Part shown: positions 28,353-38,722 of the stretch, piece by piece
Numbering within the stretch: the stretch's first letter is position 1
Layout of the letters: every line of letters begins with the position of its first letter
NCBI GenBank assembly: GCA_013359225.1
Contig: JABWCG010000002.1
Coordinates: 49,470 to 113,469 of the forward strand
Reading direction: 5' to 3'
Source: Candidatus Buchananbacteria bacterium
Lineage (GTDB): Bacteria; Patescibacteriota; Patescibacteriia; Buchananbacterales; UBA6539
Length of the DNA stretch: 64,000 bases
Translations under genes and position numbers: made by a program
Notes under the pieces: generated by a model
Database searches by the model: none
Seen by the model: only the letters and a program-made list of their open reading frames with translations
What the model was told of the DNA's origin: nothing

Positions 28353-31244
28353 ATGAACGGCAAAATCAAAAAAAGAAGCGGCGAAATCGTCGAATTCAGT
28401 CCGAATAAAATTACTAATGCGATTCGTAAAGCTTTTTCGGCTACCGGTACCAAGTTTACCGAGGAGCATCTTGGCGAGATTGTTGATGAAGCGGTGTTGG
28501 AACTTGGTAAAACGTTTAGTGAAACAACGCCAAGCGTTGAAGATGTGCAAAACATCGTTGAAAAAATTCTAATGGCCGGAGGACATTTTGATGTTGCCAA
28601 ATCTTACATTATTTATCGTTATGAACATACTAAAGTCCGAGAAGAAAAGAAAAAAGACGTTTTAGAAAAATTAAACCGTAACGATTTATTGGTTATTAAA
28701 CGTTCCGGCCGGACTGAAAAGTTTTCATCAAAGAAATTAAAAAAATCGCTTACCTGGGCAGTCGCTGGATTAGAAGGCGACATCGACGTTGATCTTATTG
28801 TCCGACAATGTGAAGCCAATTTGTATGACAATATTGCGACTAAAGAGATTTCCCGCGCTCTTGTGTTGGCAGCGAGAAGTTTGATTGAACGCGATCCGGC
28901 TTATTCAAAGGTTGCAGTTCGGCTATTGTTTGATTTGCTGTACAAAAATGTTATCGGCAATGAAAAGCTTGACTATAAAAATTTTGATCAACTGTATCGG
29001 CAGGCTTTCATTAACAATATCAAAAAGGGTGTTGAGATCGGCCGGCTTGACCCTCAGTTATTGAATTTCGACCTGGAAGAAATTTCCAAAAAATTGAAAC
29101 CGGAACGCGATGATTTGTTTATGTATCTTGGTGGTCAAACACTCTATGACCGTTACTTCATTTCTAATCCGGAAACTAAACAGATTTTAGAAACGCCGCA
29201 GGCATTTTGGATGCGCGTTTCTATGGGTTTAAGTTTGCGCGAAGATCATAAAACCGAGATGGCGGCAAAGTTTTATGATCTAATTTCTTCATTGCGTTTT
29301 GTACCATCAACACCAACCTTGTTTCATGCCGGTACGTTCCATCCACAGTTAAGCTCTTGCTATTTAACAACGATTGAAGATTCGCTTGACCATATTTTTA
29401 AGTGTGTCGCTGATAATGCCCAGATGTCTAAATGGTCGGGTGGGGTTGCTAATGACTGGACCAATCTGCGCGGTACCGGCGCTTTGATTAAAGGTACGGG
29501 TGTTGAGAGTCAGGGCGTAATTCCATTTTTGAAGATTGCTAACGACACCACAGTGGCGATTAACCGCAGCGGCCGCCGTCGCGGCGCGACCTGTGCTTAC
29601 CTGGAAACCTGGCACTATGATATTGAAGACTTTTTGGAGTTAAAGAAAAATACCGGTGACGAACGACGACGAACCCACGATATGAACACTGCTAACTGGA
29701 TTCCGGATTTGTTCATGAAGCGAGTTGAGGCGGACGGTGAGTGGACCTTGTTGTCTCCAGATGAAGCGTCTGACCTGCATCATTTATATGGTAAAGATTT
29801 TGAGCGCCGTTATCTGCAGTATGAAAAACTGGCTAAAGAGGGTAAGTTGCGTATTCATAAAATAATTCGGGCCAAAGATTTGTGGAAGAAAATGATTATG
29901 ATGCTGTTTGAAACCGGACATCCCTGGATGACCTGGAAAGATCCATCCAATTTACGATCGCCGCAAGACCATGTTGGCGTGGTGCATAGTTCAAACCTCT
30001 GTACGGAAATCACTCTTAATACTTCAGCCGAAGAGACTGCGGTGTGTAATCTTGGCTCCATCAACTTGGCTAAGCATATTAAGGATAAGAAATTGGATGT
30101 TGATGTGCTTCGTGACACGGTTACAACGGCGATGCGGATGTTGGATAACGTGATTGATGTTAATTTTTATCCGACGGTTGAGGGAAAAAATTCTAACCTC
30201 AAACACCGGCCGGTTGGTTTGGGTATTATGGGTTTTCAAGATGCCCTTTACTTGCAGGATATTGCATTTGATTCTGATGAATGTGTCAACTTCGCCGATT
30301 ATTCCCAGGAAGTAATTTCATATCATGCGATTTTAGCTTCATCAAAATTAGCTGAAGAACGCGGCACTTACCGCAGTTATCGCGGATCAAAATGGGATCG
30401 CGGCATTTTGCCGGTTGATACGTTGGATGTGCTTGAAAAAGATCGCGGCGAAAAAATTGAAGTTTCTCGCTCGGCGAAACTGGACTGGTCAGTGGTTCGT
30501 CAATCAATCCAAAAGTATGGCATGAGAAATTCCAATTGTATGGCAGTTGCCCCAACTGCGACGATTGCTAACATTGCTGGCTGTTTTCCGTCGATTGAAC
30601 CAATCTATAAGAACGTTTATGTTAAATCCAACATGAGTGGTGAGTTTATTATCGTTAATAGTTATTTGGTCGCTGATTTGAAGAAGCGGGGATTATGGAC
30701 GGAAGATATGCTTGCAGAAATCAAAGGTAATGATGGTAATATTCTAAACATTACTAGAATCCCTGAAGTTTTGCGCGATAAGTATAAGGAAGTTTTTGAT
30801 ATTGATCCGGAGTGGTTAATTCGCGCGGCAGCATATCGCGGCAAGTGGATTGACCAAAGCCAGTCATTAAATTTGTTTATCAAAGGAAATTCAGGCAAAA
30901 AGATTGCTGACGCCTACATGTATGCTTGGAAGATGGGCTTAAAGACTACGTATTATTTGCGCAGCCTGGCGGCGACAACGGTTGAGCAAAGTTCGCTTGA
31001 GCTGAGTAAACAGCAGAGCATGTCTTCGGTCAAGTCCAATTCTGCTCAGAAAGTTGAAGAGCCGGAATTAGTACCACCAACCGTTATCTCTGAAGCTAAA
31101 ACAGAGCCGGTGGTTGAGCCAGTGGCCGTTAGAGAACCGGAGTCGATAATTAAACCATTGACCGCGGTGGCGCCAATTGGTCCTTCAGCCGCCCAGTTGA
31201 TGATGTGTAAGATTGACGACCCCGACTGTGAGTCGTGTCAATAA
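28353..31244 (+). CDS. nrdA: ribonucleoside-diphosphate reductase class I alpha subunit with two N-terminal ATP-cone domains
   Basis: 963 aa; two ATP cones (VIKRSGEIVEFSPNKI; VIKRSGRTEKFSSKKL), catalytic-core motifs (NLCTEI, SNC), C-terminal CxxC (CESCQ); adjacent nrdB. Confidence 0.9.
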   Translation: MNGKIKKRSGEIVEFSPNKITNAIRKAFSATGTKFTEEHLGEIVDEAVLELGKTFSETTPSVEDVQNIVEKILMAGGHFDVAKSYIIYRYEHTKVREEKKKDVLEKLNRNDLLVIKRSGRTEKFSSKKLKKSLTWAVAGLEGDIDVDLIVRQCEANLYDNIATKEISRALVLAARSLIERDPAYSKVAVRLLFDLLYKNVIGNEKLDYKNFDQLYRQAFINNIKKGVEIGRLDPQLLNFDLEEISKKLKPERDDLFMYLGGQTLYDRYFISNPETKQILETPQAFWMRVSMGLSLREDHKTEMAAKFYDLISSLRFVPSTPTLFHAGTFHPQLSSCYLTTIEDSLDHIFKCVADNAQMSKWSGGVANDWTNLRGTGALIKGTGVESQGVIPFLKIANDTTVAINRSGRRRGATCAYLETWHYDIEDFLELKKNTGDERRRTHDMNTANWIPDLFMKRVEADGEWTLLSPDEASDLHHLYGKDFERRYLQYEKLAKEGKLRIHKIIRAKDLWKKMIMMLFETGHPWMTWKDPSNLRSPQDHVGVVHSSNLCTEITLNTSAEETAVCNLGSINLAKHIKDKKLDVDVLRDTVTTAMRMLDNVIDVNFYPTVEGKNSNLKHRPVGLGIMGFQDALYLQDIAFDSDECVNFADYSQEVISYHAILASSKLAEERGTYRSYRGSKWDRGILPVDTLDVLEKDRGEKIEVSRSAKLDWSVVRQSIQKYGMRNSNCMAVAPTATIANIAGCFPSIEPIYKNVYVKSNMSGEFIIVNSYLVADLKKRGLWTEDMLAEIKGNDGNILNITRIPEVLRDKYKEVFDIDPEWLIRAAAYRGKWIDQSQSLNLFIKGNSGKKIADAYMYAWKMGLKTTYYLRSLAATTVEQSSLELSKQQSMSSVKSNSAQKVEEPELVPPTVISEAKTEPVVEPVAVREPESIIKPLTAVAPIGPSAAQLMMCKIDDPDCESCQ

Positions 31245-31277
31245 AAGTTAATAAATTAAGATTACAACTATATCACT

Positions 31278-32288
31278 ATGGCTACCAAAAAAGGAATTAT
31301 CAATAATTCTACCACTGATCCTAATAAAATTTTGCCGTTAACCTACCCTTGGGCGCGGCAGCACTACAAAAATGGTGTTGCGAATAACTGGGTGCCGGAA
31401 GAAGTTCCGATGCAGCAGGATATTGAGCTATGGAAAAAACAAGGTGCGGGTGCATTGACCGAAGATGAACGACGAATGATTTTATGGAACTTGGGATTTT
31501 TTTCCACAGCCGAAAGTTTAACCGCCAATAATATCGTTTTAGCGGTATATTCTCATGTTACTAATCCCGAATGTCGTCAGTATCTGTTGCGTCAGGCATA
31601 CGAGGAGGCAATTCACACCGACACCTTTATTTATTGTTGTGATTCTTTGGGGCTTGATCCAGACGAAGTCTATAAGATGTATGAGACCATCCCAAGTATT
31701 AAGGATAAAGATGATTTTGTGGTAAACATGACTAAGTCAGTTTTGGATCCTAACTTTAATACCAAGGGGGTAGAGAATACACAGCGGTTTGTTCATGATT
31801 TGATTGGCTTTTATGTTATCATGGAAGGGATTTTCTTTTATGCCGGATTTGCGATGATGTTGTCATTGTTGCGTAATAATAAAATGGTTGGTGTTGGTGA
31901 GCAATTTCAGTTTATTTTGCGTGATGAATCAGTTCACTTGGCGTTTGGTACGGATTTGATTAATACGATTGTTGCTGAGAATCCGGAAATTTGGACGCCA
32001 GAATTCAAAAAACTGACTACCGATAACATTAAAAAAGCCGTTGAACTTGAACACTTATATGCTAAAGATGCGTTGCCTCGAGGCATCCTTGGTCTGCGAG
32101 AAGATATCATTAGAGAGTATTTGGAATATATTGCAGACCGCCGGCTTGAGCGAATTGGTTTGGAAAAAGTCTATGGTTCGGCTAACCCTTTCCCGTGGAT
32201 GAGTGAAATTATTGACGTGCGTAAAGAAAAAAACTTTTTTGAAACACGTGTCACGGAATATCAAACCAGCGGTAATTTAGAATGGTAA
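31278..32288 (+). CDS. nrdB: ribonucleoside-diphosphate reductase class I beta subunit
   Basis: 336 aa, ferritin-like di-iron ligand motifs (EEAIHTD; RDESVH), C-terminal acidic/aromatic tail. Confidence 0.9.
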   Translation: MATKKGIINNSTTDPNKILPLTYPWARQHYKNGVANNWVPEEVPMQQDIELWKKQGAGALTEDERRMILWNLGFFSTAESLTANNIVLAVYSHVTNPECRQYLLRQAYEEAIHTDTFIYCCDSLGLDPDEVYKMYETIPSIKDKDDFVVNMTKSVLDPNFNTKGVENTQRFVHDLIGFYVIMEGIFFYAGFAMMLSLLRNNKMVGVGEQFQFILRDESVHLAFGTDLINTIVAENPEIWTPEFKKLTTDNIKKAVELEHLYAKDALPRGILGLREDIIREYLEYIADRRLERIGLEKVYGSANPFPWMSEIIDVRKEKNFFETRVTEYQTSGNLEW

Positions 32289-32304
32289 AAACAAAGTATA
32301 AAAA

Positions 32305-32333
32305 CAGCCCTGAATAGGCAGGGCTGTTTTTTT
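32305..32333 (+). terminator. intrinsic terminator after nrdB
   Basis: cagccctg-aatagg-cagggctg plus T-run. Confidence 0.6.
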
Positions 32334-32461
32334 GTTCTGGTTAAGATTTATCTTGACGCAGCTTAATTCTTAGTGTAATATAAAAATCTTAGTTTACTAA
32401 GACACTATTTCTTTGACAATCTATTGTTAGGAAAACATCGTTCAACACAGGAGAGTTTCGT

Positions 32462-33853
32462 ATGTCAGGATTGAACCCGGATTTGTTTCATTCAGTGGGC
32501 CTAGGATTGTTTGGTGTTGCAATTGTTCACACATTCTTCACTAAGTTTTTTGAAAACCTTGGACACATTGAATTGGAACACTATCACTTTCAATCAAGGT
32601 CAGTGGCAAACGATTTTTTGTCGGAAGCCGGAAAGCTTGATTTGTTTTTGGCCAGACACGAAGCTCTGGCTAGGTTCATCTTTCGTCACCGTGGTGCTTT
32701 GCGCCTGATCGGCGAGCCGGAAATGGTATTTCCGTTTTGGGCGATTAATCTATGCATCTATATGTTTTTAGCCCTCGGCCAGGAACAGATGGTGCATTAT
32801 GTTGAAACGCTCAATTTGTCGGAACCAATGTTCGTAGCGGTGATTATGATGATTTCAGCCTCGCGGCCAGTCCGGCAGTTTGCCGAAAACGGCATGAAGT
32901 GTTTGGCTTGGCATTGCCCCGGCTCAAATAAAATCACCCTACTGTTTGTGCTGTTGTTTGTCGGACCCTTGCTGGGCAGCTTGATTACCGAACCAGCGGC
33001 CATGACCATTACAGCGTTGTTGCTGGGAAAGTTTTACTACCAGCAAATCAGTCACCGCAAACGCTATCGTCGGATGCGTTACAGTATTCTGGCGGTATTG
33101 TTGGTAAATGTTTCAATTGGTGGGGTGCTGACCCATTATGCTGCACCGCCGGTTGTTATGGTTGCCAATACGTGGAACTGGGACATGTCTTTTATGTTTT
33201 TCAACTTCGGTTGGAAAGCTGTTTTGGCCGTCTTGATCAATACGGTCTTGGTGATTGGGTTTAACTGGAAACAGTTGCAACAGTTAGATGAGCCAAGTGA
33301 CGAAGCTTTTGTTGCGAAGGTTCCTGGGCTGGTAGTTGGATTTCATCTGGTGTTGTTGGGCGGGGTTGTATACTTCAGCCACCATCCAAAGGTATTTTTG
33401 ATGATTTTTGCCATCTACTTCTTTAACGCCCTGGCATATGAACAATACCAGGATGAGAAACTGTTTTTCCGTCAAAGTATTATGGTCGGACTCTTTCTGG
33501 CCGGCCTGGTAACGATTGGTAGTTGCCAAAAGTGGTGGCTCCAGCCGCTCATTACAGGCTTGGACAGTGTGTCGCTTTTTGCCGGAACGGTTGGGTTGAC
33601 GGCGATAACTGATAATGCAGCCCTGACCTATCTTGGGTCAATTGTTGATGGTCTGACCGATCAATCAAAATATATGCTCGTTGCTGGTGCGGTTACCGGA
33701 GGCGGATTGACTATCATCGCAAATGCGCCAAACCCGGTTGGGATTAATATCCTCAAGGATTATTTTGGCTCTGACGCGGTGAGTTTTAAGAGTTTGTTTT
33801 TGTACGCCACAGCGCCGACTGCAATTGCTGCTTTGGCGTTTCTTGTTCTTTAA
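32462..33853 (+). CDS. ion-transporter (IT) superfamily permease, ArsB/NhaD-like
   Basis: 463 aa, 10 or more TMs, motifs TDNAALTYL and IANAPNPVG resembling the ArsB/NhaD/citrate-transporter family; paralogous to the gene at 44155-45600. Confidence 0.45.
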   Translation: MSGLNPDLFHSVGLGLFGVAIVHTFFTKFFENLGHIELEHYHFQSRSVANDFLSEAGKLDLFLARHEALARFIFRHRGALRLIGEPEMVFPFWAINLCIYMFLALGQEQMVHYVETLNLSEPMFVAVIMMISASRPVRQFAENGMKCLAWHCPGSNKITLLFVLLFVGPLLGSLITEPAAMTITALLLGKFYYQQISHRKRYRRMRYSILAVLLVNVSIGGVLTHYAAPPVVMVANTWNWDMSFMFFNFGWKAVLAVLINTVLVIGFNWKQLQQLDEPSDEAFVAKVPGLVVGFHLVLLGGVVYFSHHPKVFLMIFAIYFFNALAYEQYQDEKLFFRQSIMVGLFLAGLVTIGSCQKWWLQPLITGLDSVSLFAGTVGLTAITDNAALTYLGSIVDGLTDQSKYMLVAGAVTGGGLTIIANAPNPVGINILKDYFGSDAVSFKSLFLYATAPTAIAALAFLVL

Positions 33854-34803
33854 AGTGTTTTGTCCGCCATTGGTGTAGTGGCGGTTTTTATTTTCTTCAT
33901 AATATGTTTGAACGGAATAACCGTTAAGTTCCACGGAAAAACCGCCAAGATGGTTGGGATGACAATGTGAGGCTGATTGAAAAATTCATACGACAGGTAG
34001 ATCGCCGTGGTGATATTCATATACGTTAGGCAGATTGCAACGGTTACGCGATCTTGATGGCTGCGCCAAAAAACAATGAAATAACCGAATACTTGAAAAC
34101 CAATAAATAGCAACGAAACGGCTATCAGATAGATAAGTATTTTGCCATCTAGACCACCAAGAATTACGGCTGCTTGTTTAGACACGACTCCCATCATCAG
34201 TAGCCCTAACAAGATCAGGGAGATTTGGCCGAAAGACGGCTGAATTTTTTTTAGCCAGGAGCCCGAAAAATATTTCGCAATATTGGCTAGAGCAAACGGA
34301 ACCATGATGATTTTAACCAGTGACCAGAATACTCCCATAAAATCAGTTGGCACTTCGGTGGCGGCAGTTAATTTGATGACTAACGGAATAGTAAATGGCG
34401 CCAGTAGGGCGGTAGTGACCGTTAATACCAGTGCTAAACTAGGTTTACCGCCGACAATTTCTGCCAGCAGTGCCGATGCCATTGCTGTTGGCATAGCCGC
34501 AATCAGCATAAATGAAATGGCTAGTTCGGGGTAAATTATTTTCATCGCGTAGTAAATCGTCAGCGGAAAGATAAGCAGCATAATGACATTTACTAGAGTA
34601 ATAATGCCGATGCTGGTTTTTAGCTGAGTAAGAACGTCTTTTAAATTTACCTCAATGGCGATGAAAAAAAACATTGCCGCAAGCAGTAAATTGATATGTG
34701 GTGAAAAAATTTTGGTTTGTTCCGGTAATGCTAAGCCAAGTGCTAGTGATAGACAAACAATGAACAAGTAAGATTGAAAAAGTTTAGTGAGTAGTTTAAT
34801 CAT
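33850..34803 (-). CDS. bile acid:sodium symporter (BASS/ACR3-like) family transporter
   Basis: 317 aa, about 10 TMs, N-terminal region LALPEQTKIFSPHINLLLAAMFFFIAIEV typical of SBF/BASS proteins. Confidence 0.55.
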   Translation of the reverse strand: MIKLLTKLFQSYLFIVCLSLALGLALPEQTKIFSPHINLLLAAMFFFIAIEVNLKDVLTQLKTSIGIITLVNVIMLLIFPLTIYYAMKIIYPELAISFMLIAAMPTAMASALLAEIVGGKPSLALVLTVTTALLAPFTIPLVIKLTAATEVPTDFMGVFWSLVKIIMVPFALANIAKYFSGSWLKKIQPSFGQISLILLGLLMMGVVSKQAAVILGGLDGKILIYLIAVSLLFIGFQVFGYFIVFWRSHQDRVTVAICLTYMNITTAIYLSYEFFNQPHIVIPTILAVFPWNLTVIPFKHIMKKIKTATTPMADKTL

Positions 34804-34813
34804 GATGATTGGG

Positions 34814-35320
34814 TTATATTTTTCTTGAGTCGTATGCCCAGTGAAGTAATGCTTGTCGCTGCCGGCGCCGGCAGGTTATATCTCCCTGGAGACAATTATT
34901 TTTAATTTGTGCTATATGACGCCTGATCATTTTCCAACGTTTAATTTGCCGGATATCTTCTTCGGGGAGGCGCCGGCCCAGATAGTACCGGCAATACCAT
35001 TGAAACCAACCACGAGGGTCATGAGAATTGATCCAGCCTTTACGGCGCCATTCGACCAGCGGTTGACTGGCATCCACTTTAAAATAGTTAAAGTTGATAT
35101 CTTTTTTCTTCGGTGACAGTTTTGCCTTTTTAAACCAGTCTTTAGGAAATTCTTTTTGGCAGTCAGTAAGGTATTTACCTCCAAAGACTCCCAGTTCAAG
35201 CATTTGTTTTGGTGTCAGTTGAGGTTTAAAATCAGGGTTAAAATTTTTCCCCGCTGGTTCGGTTAAATAGTAAACATACTGTTTTTGCATTTTGTCGTTA
35301 ACAACAATCTTTTTTTTCAT
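34814..35320 (-). CDS. hypothetical basic cytoplasmic protein (Trp/Arg-rich)
   Basis: 168 aa; no signal peptide; WFQWYCRYYLGRRL segment; unrecognised. Confidence 0.4.
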   Translation of the reverse strand: MKKKIVVNDKMQKQYVYYLTEPAGKNFNPDFKPQLTPKQMLELGVFGGKYLTDCQKEFPKDWFKKAKLSPKKKDINFNYFKVDASQPLVEWRRKGWINSHDPRGWFQWYCRYYLGRRLPEEDIRQIKRWKMIRRHIAQIKNNCLQGDITCRRRQRQALLHWAYDSRKI

Positions 35321-35502
35321 ATGTATATTATATCAAAATTACATCATGCTGTGCTAACAATGTTTTGAGGAATTGACAAAATGCTTAAAATATGCTACTA
35401 TTTAATTATTAATTAAATAAAGTGTTTTGTGGGACTTAACGTCAGAAAACCCTAACAAGTTTACTAACCAAAGTTTGCAAAATACGCCAAGGTATTATCC
35501 CA

Positions 35503-35676
35503 ATGGACAACAGAGGCCAATTTGGTCCTCGTCAGATGGTTCAGGGAAACTGGCAGTGTTCAGAGTGCGGTGCTCAAATCACCGAGCTGCCATTTGAACC
35601 AGATGGTGACCGGCCAATTTTCTGTCGCGACTGTCATCGAAAGAAACGAGACAGTAAACCACCTAGACGATTTTAA
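35503..35676 (+). CDS. small zinc-ribbon protein (CxxC-x18-CxxC, zf-trcl-like), not in the ORF track because it is under 60 aa
   Basis: 57-aa ORF MDNRGQFGPRQMVQGNWQCSECGAQITELPFEPDGDRPIFCRDCHRKKRDSKPPRRF ending 10 nt before a strong bidirectional terminator. Confidence 0.4.
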   Translation: MDNRGQFGPRQMVQGNWQCSECGAQITELPFEPDGDRPIFCRDCHRKKRDSKPPRRF

Positions 35677-35685
35677 CAGGAAAAC

Positions 35686-35715
35686 AAAAACCCCTTAGCT
35701 AAGGGGTTTTTGTTT
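35686..35715. terminator. bidirectional intrinsic terminator
   Basis: aaaaacccctt-agct-aaggggttttt palindrome between convergent genes. Confidence 0.65.
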
Positions 35716-35725
35716 TGCAGGAATA

Positions 35726-36997
35726 TTATTTTAAAAATTGGTCAAAGAATTCGACCGTTCGTTTCATAACAGTTGGCCATGCCTGAATAAACTCATGCGG
35801 TTCGTTAGGGTAGACAAAGTATTCAACCGTTTTTGATTTATTCTTTAAGGCTGCTTCAAGTTCGTCTGACCAGGCTAGGGGAACTGACTCGTCAGCGGTG
35901 CCGTGGTGGATTTGAATTGGAGTATTGACGCGGTCAAAATAATTAATAGCTGAAATACCCTCCCAAAATTCAGGACTGGTTGTCGGGCTGCCATACAACA
36001 TCTCAATTTTAACGGCTATCTCGCGGCGTTGCCTAGTCCATTTATCATAATTTTTTTGATAGTCAGCGCTGACTGGCGCAAACAGGACGGCGGCTTTTAT
36101 TAATGTTGGCTTGATGACAAGCGTATTAAGGGTAATGCCGCCGCCCATTGAATGTCCAAGCATGCCGATATTGTCTTTGTCAAAAAAAGTAAATTCGGAA
36201 TTTTTGACGGCATAAACAGCATTGATAACGTCTTGCGTGTAGCCAAGACGAAAATCAAGTTCACTGTTAGGATCTTTGTCTGATTGGGCGTGGTTACGGT
36301 AGTCGGGATGAATAACAATATAACCTTGTCGTGCCAGGTAATCTTGTTCGCGTTTTAAGCCGCGTCCGTTGGTGTAAATTGCCGGGTCAATATAGCCGTG
36401 GTTTAAAATTAATACAGGAAATGGCCCGGCCCCTTTTGGCACATTCATGATGCCTGAAATCTTGAGGTCGCCGCTGAGGTATGTGATATAGTGGCGGGTA
36501 TAAGATTCATTTTCTGCCAGAATATTGCCCAGCGTAAGTTCGCGCCCGTCATATTGTCTTTCCATCATAGCATCGATACTAACCGGGCGAGGAGTTTTTT
36601 CTTCACCGGAGTTTGCGACCTGGCTATCAACTACGGCCGCACATTGTCCGCTCAAACAGGCGCAAGGAAACCGACTGGTCACGTCCCATTTGCTGCAGTC
36701 ACAATCAGCGTCAGCTTTGCAGCTTACTTGATAGCTTACGCTTTCTGCGGAGTTATTGGAGTGTTCCCATATTGGACATGCCACAATACAATTACCCTGC
36801 TGGCAGTAGGCCTGAAACGGACAGCTGGACCTAACGGCATATTCCATCGGCAGTGAACAATCGGCATCAGTCCGACAATCAACAGTGACATTATGATCTT
36901 GATTATTTCCAACTGGTTGGGCTTTTTTTGGGTTAACACAACCGCTGGTTAATAAGAGCAGCAGGAAACCTAAGTAGATAAAGACATTTTTTTTCAT
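35726..36997 (-). CDS. secreted alpha/beta-hydrolase (S9/dienelactone-hydrolase-like) lipoprotein with Cys-rich N-terminal domain
   Basis: Lipobox LLLTSGC (start at internal ATG 36997), about 110-aa domain with 14 Cys, then hydrolase fold with GHSMGGG nucleophile elbow and downstream D/H candidates. Confidence 0.65.
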   Translation of the reverse strand: MKKNVFIYLGFLLLLLTSGCVNPKKAQPVGNNQDHNVTVDCRTDADCSLPMEYAVRSSCPFQAYCQQGNCIVACPIWEHSNNSAESVSYQVSCKADADCDCSKWDVTSRFPCACLSGQCAAVVDSQVANSGEEKTPRPVSIDAMMERQYDGRELTLGNILAENESYTRHYITYLSGDLKISGIMNVPKGAGPFPVLILNHGYIDPAIYTNGRGLKREQDYLARQGYIVIHPDYRNHAQSDKDPNSELDFRLGYTQDVINAVYAVKNSEFTFFDKDNIGMLGHSMGGGITLNTLVIKPTLIKAAVLFAPVSADYQKNYDKWTRQRREIAVKIEMLYGSPTTSPEFWEGISAINYFDRVNTPIQIHHGTADESVPLAWSDELEAALKNKSKTVEYFVYPNEPHEFIQAWPTVMKRTVEFFDQFLK

Positions 36998-37025
36998 AGT
37001 TTTATTATTGTAGCAAAGAAAAGGC

Positions 37026-37979
37026 TTGTTGACGATTGATATTATTTTATTTATCATTATGATGATGAAACGAGAACAATTTATTCCACACTTAGAGCAA
37101 GAGCAGCCTCGAAATCTTAAGGAGATTTTGGAGGGTTTGGCGTTGCCGGCGCAAATCATTGAGCTTGATTCGTCTACTGAGGCGGAGGCTAAAAATCAGA
37201 AATCATTTCGTATTGATATTACTGATCGAGAAGCATGGGACAACGAAGAAACGGCGGAAAAGTTAACACCTTATTTGGGCGAATTGGCCTGGCTGGCATT
37301 TAGTGATCGCAACGAGAAGAGAAAGTTTGATCTTAATGATTCCGAGATGCGAGCTAAAGCTAAAGATGAAATTTTTACCAGCGATGTCGCCTTGGCTGAT
37401 CATATTTATGTTATTGCTGAAGGCGAACGGGCTCTTGGTTTTCTGGCCGCTAACGATTGGGAATTACCAGATAATGAACGGGGATGTGTTGTTGGTTTAA
37501 CTGTAGCGTTGCGTGAAGAACGCGGTAAGGGGATTGGTAAGGAGCTTTATCATAAAGTTTTTGGTTCAGGCGAGTATGATGCGATATTGGGCTGTTCCAG
37601 TACGCCGGCAGCCATTAAAAATCGGCTGGAAGTCGGTAAGGAACATGGCTATGTTGGCTATTATTGTGGTTTTAAAGATGGTGAGTACGGCAATCTTGGT
37701 TCGGAAGCTCAACAGGCTAAAGTCCAACAATTGAGCCAGGAGTTAGTTAAGGACTATGTTGATTGTGATGTGACAGTGCCGCCTGATGAGATGCCAAAAA
37801 ATTTTATTGTGGTTCGTGAAGATATCGGTCCGATCCCGCCAGTCAAAGAAAGCGATATTAGATTTGATGGGACTAATCTGGCGCTTGATCAGACTTTCCG
37901 AGAATCATTGTTAAAAACCCAGGAAAAATTTTTGCCCCATACGGTCTATGGCAATCTGATTAATTTTAAAAGTAAATAA
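37026..37979 (+). CDS. hypothetical protein with GNAT-like acetyltransferase motif
   Basis: LREERGKGIGKELYHKVF resembles GNAT motif A (R/Q-x-x-G-x-G/A); rest unrecognised. Confidence 0.35.
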   Translation: MLTIDIILFIIMMMKREQFIPHLEQEQPRNLKEILEGLALPAQIIELDSSTEAEAKNQKSFRIDITDREAWDNEETAEKLTPYLGELAWLAFSDRNEKRKFDLNDSEMRAKAKDEIFTSDVALADHIYVIAEGERALGFLAANDWELPDNERGCVVGLTVALREERGKGIGKELYHKVFGSGEYDAILGCSSTPAAIKNRLEVGKEHGYVGYYCGFKDGEYGNLGSEAQQAKVQQLSQELVKDYVDCDVTVPPDEMPKNFIVVREDIGPIPPVKESDIRFDGTNLALDQTFRESLLKTQEKFLPHTVYGNLINFKSK

Positions 37980-37990
37980 GTTTTTATTAT

Positions 37991-38024
37991 CAAAAAAACC
38001 GGTCGCCTAAGGTGACCGGTTTTG
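37991..38024. terminator. bidirectional intrinsic terminator
   Basis: aaaaaaa-accggtcgcc-taa-ggtgaccggt-tttt. Confidence 0.55.
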
Positions 38025-38032
38025 ATGTTAAT

Positions 38033-38710
38033 TTATTGGCAATTAAATGCCTGACGGCACCGTTGTTGTGCTTCAACCGGTGCCTGATCGCAGGCTAAAC
38101 ATTCTGCACTGATGGTTTTGTCGGTTGTGGCTTGTGTTTTGCTACCGGCGTTGACGTTTAGAGCGCCGTCAGTCGTTGGGACAGTCGGCATCATTTTTTG
38201 GATTGTTGCTTCTAGATCGGTGAACGTTACTTCGGCCGGCAACTCAAATTTAGTTTCATCAAGTTGCCAAGGCTCGCAGTCAACGGTCATTTTTTTGTCA
38301 ATATCAACGCGTGTGGCATCGGTGGCTTGAGCAGAGTCGGTTTGATCAAGGCCCATCATAAAACCCTGGGTTTGACCATTAAGCCAAAAATTGATTTTAT
38401 TATTGGTAGAAATCATGTGACTATTAAACATTTGGCCGTTGATGGTTGAGGAAAAATCACCCCGCATTTTGCCGCCGCCAATAAAAACAACACCCTCATT
38501 TTTAGCAGTTTCGTTTGTTTCGGCAAAGGTACAGCGCTGAGGTGTGGGACTAGTTAATAATTCGCGTAGCGATTTGCCTGGTATGGTTTCGTCAAGCACC
38601 ATGTTGGTATTGCCACTTTGATTTTTAATAGACATCATCCAGTAAACGCCGCCGGCAATGAGCGCAATAATAAGTAAGGCGATAATTCCGATTATAATAT
38701 TTTTATTCAT
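38033..38710 (-). CDS. hypothetical secreted protein with N-terminal membrane anchor
   Basis: 225 aa, N-terminal TM IIIGIIALLIIALIAGGVYWMM, C-terminal Cys pairs. Confidence 0.45.
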   Translation of the reverse strand: MNKNIIIGIIALLIIALIAGGVYWMMSIKNQSGNTNMVLDETIPGKSLRELLTSPTPQRCTFAETNETAKNEGVVFIGGGKMRGDFSSTINGQMFNSHMISTNNKINFWLNGQTQGFMMGLDQTDSAQATDATRVDIDKKMTVDCEPWQLDETKFELPAEVTFTDLEATIQKMMPTVPTTDGALNVNAGSKTQATTDKTISAECLACDQAPVEAQQRCRQAFNCQ

Positions 38711-38722
38711 AGCTGATAGTGT

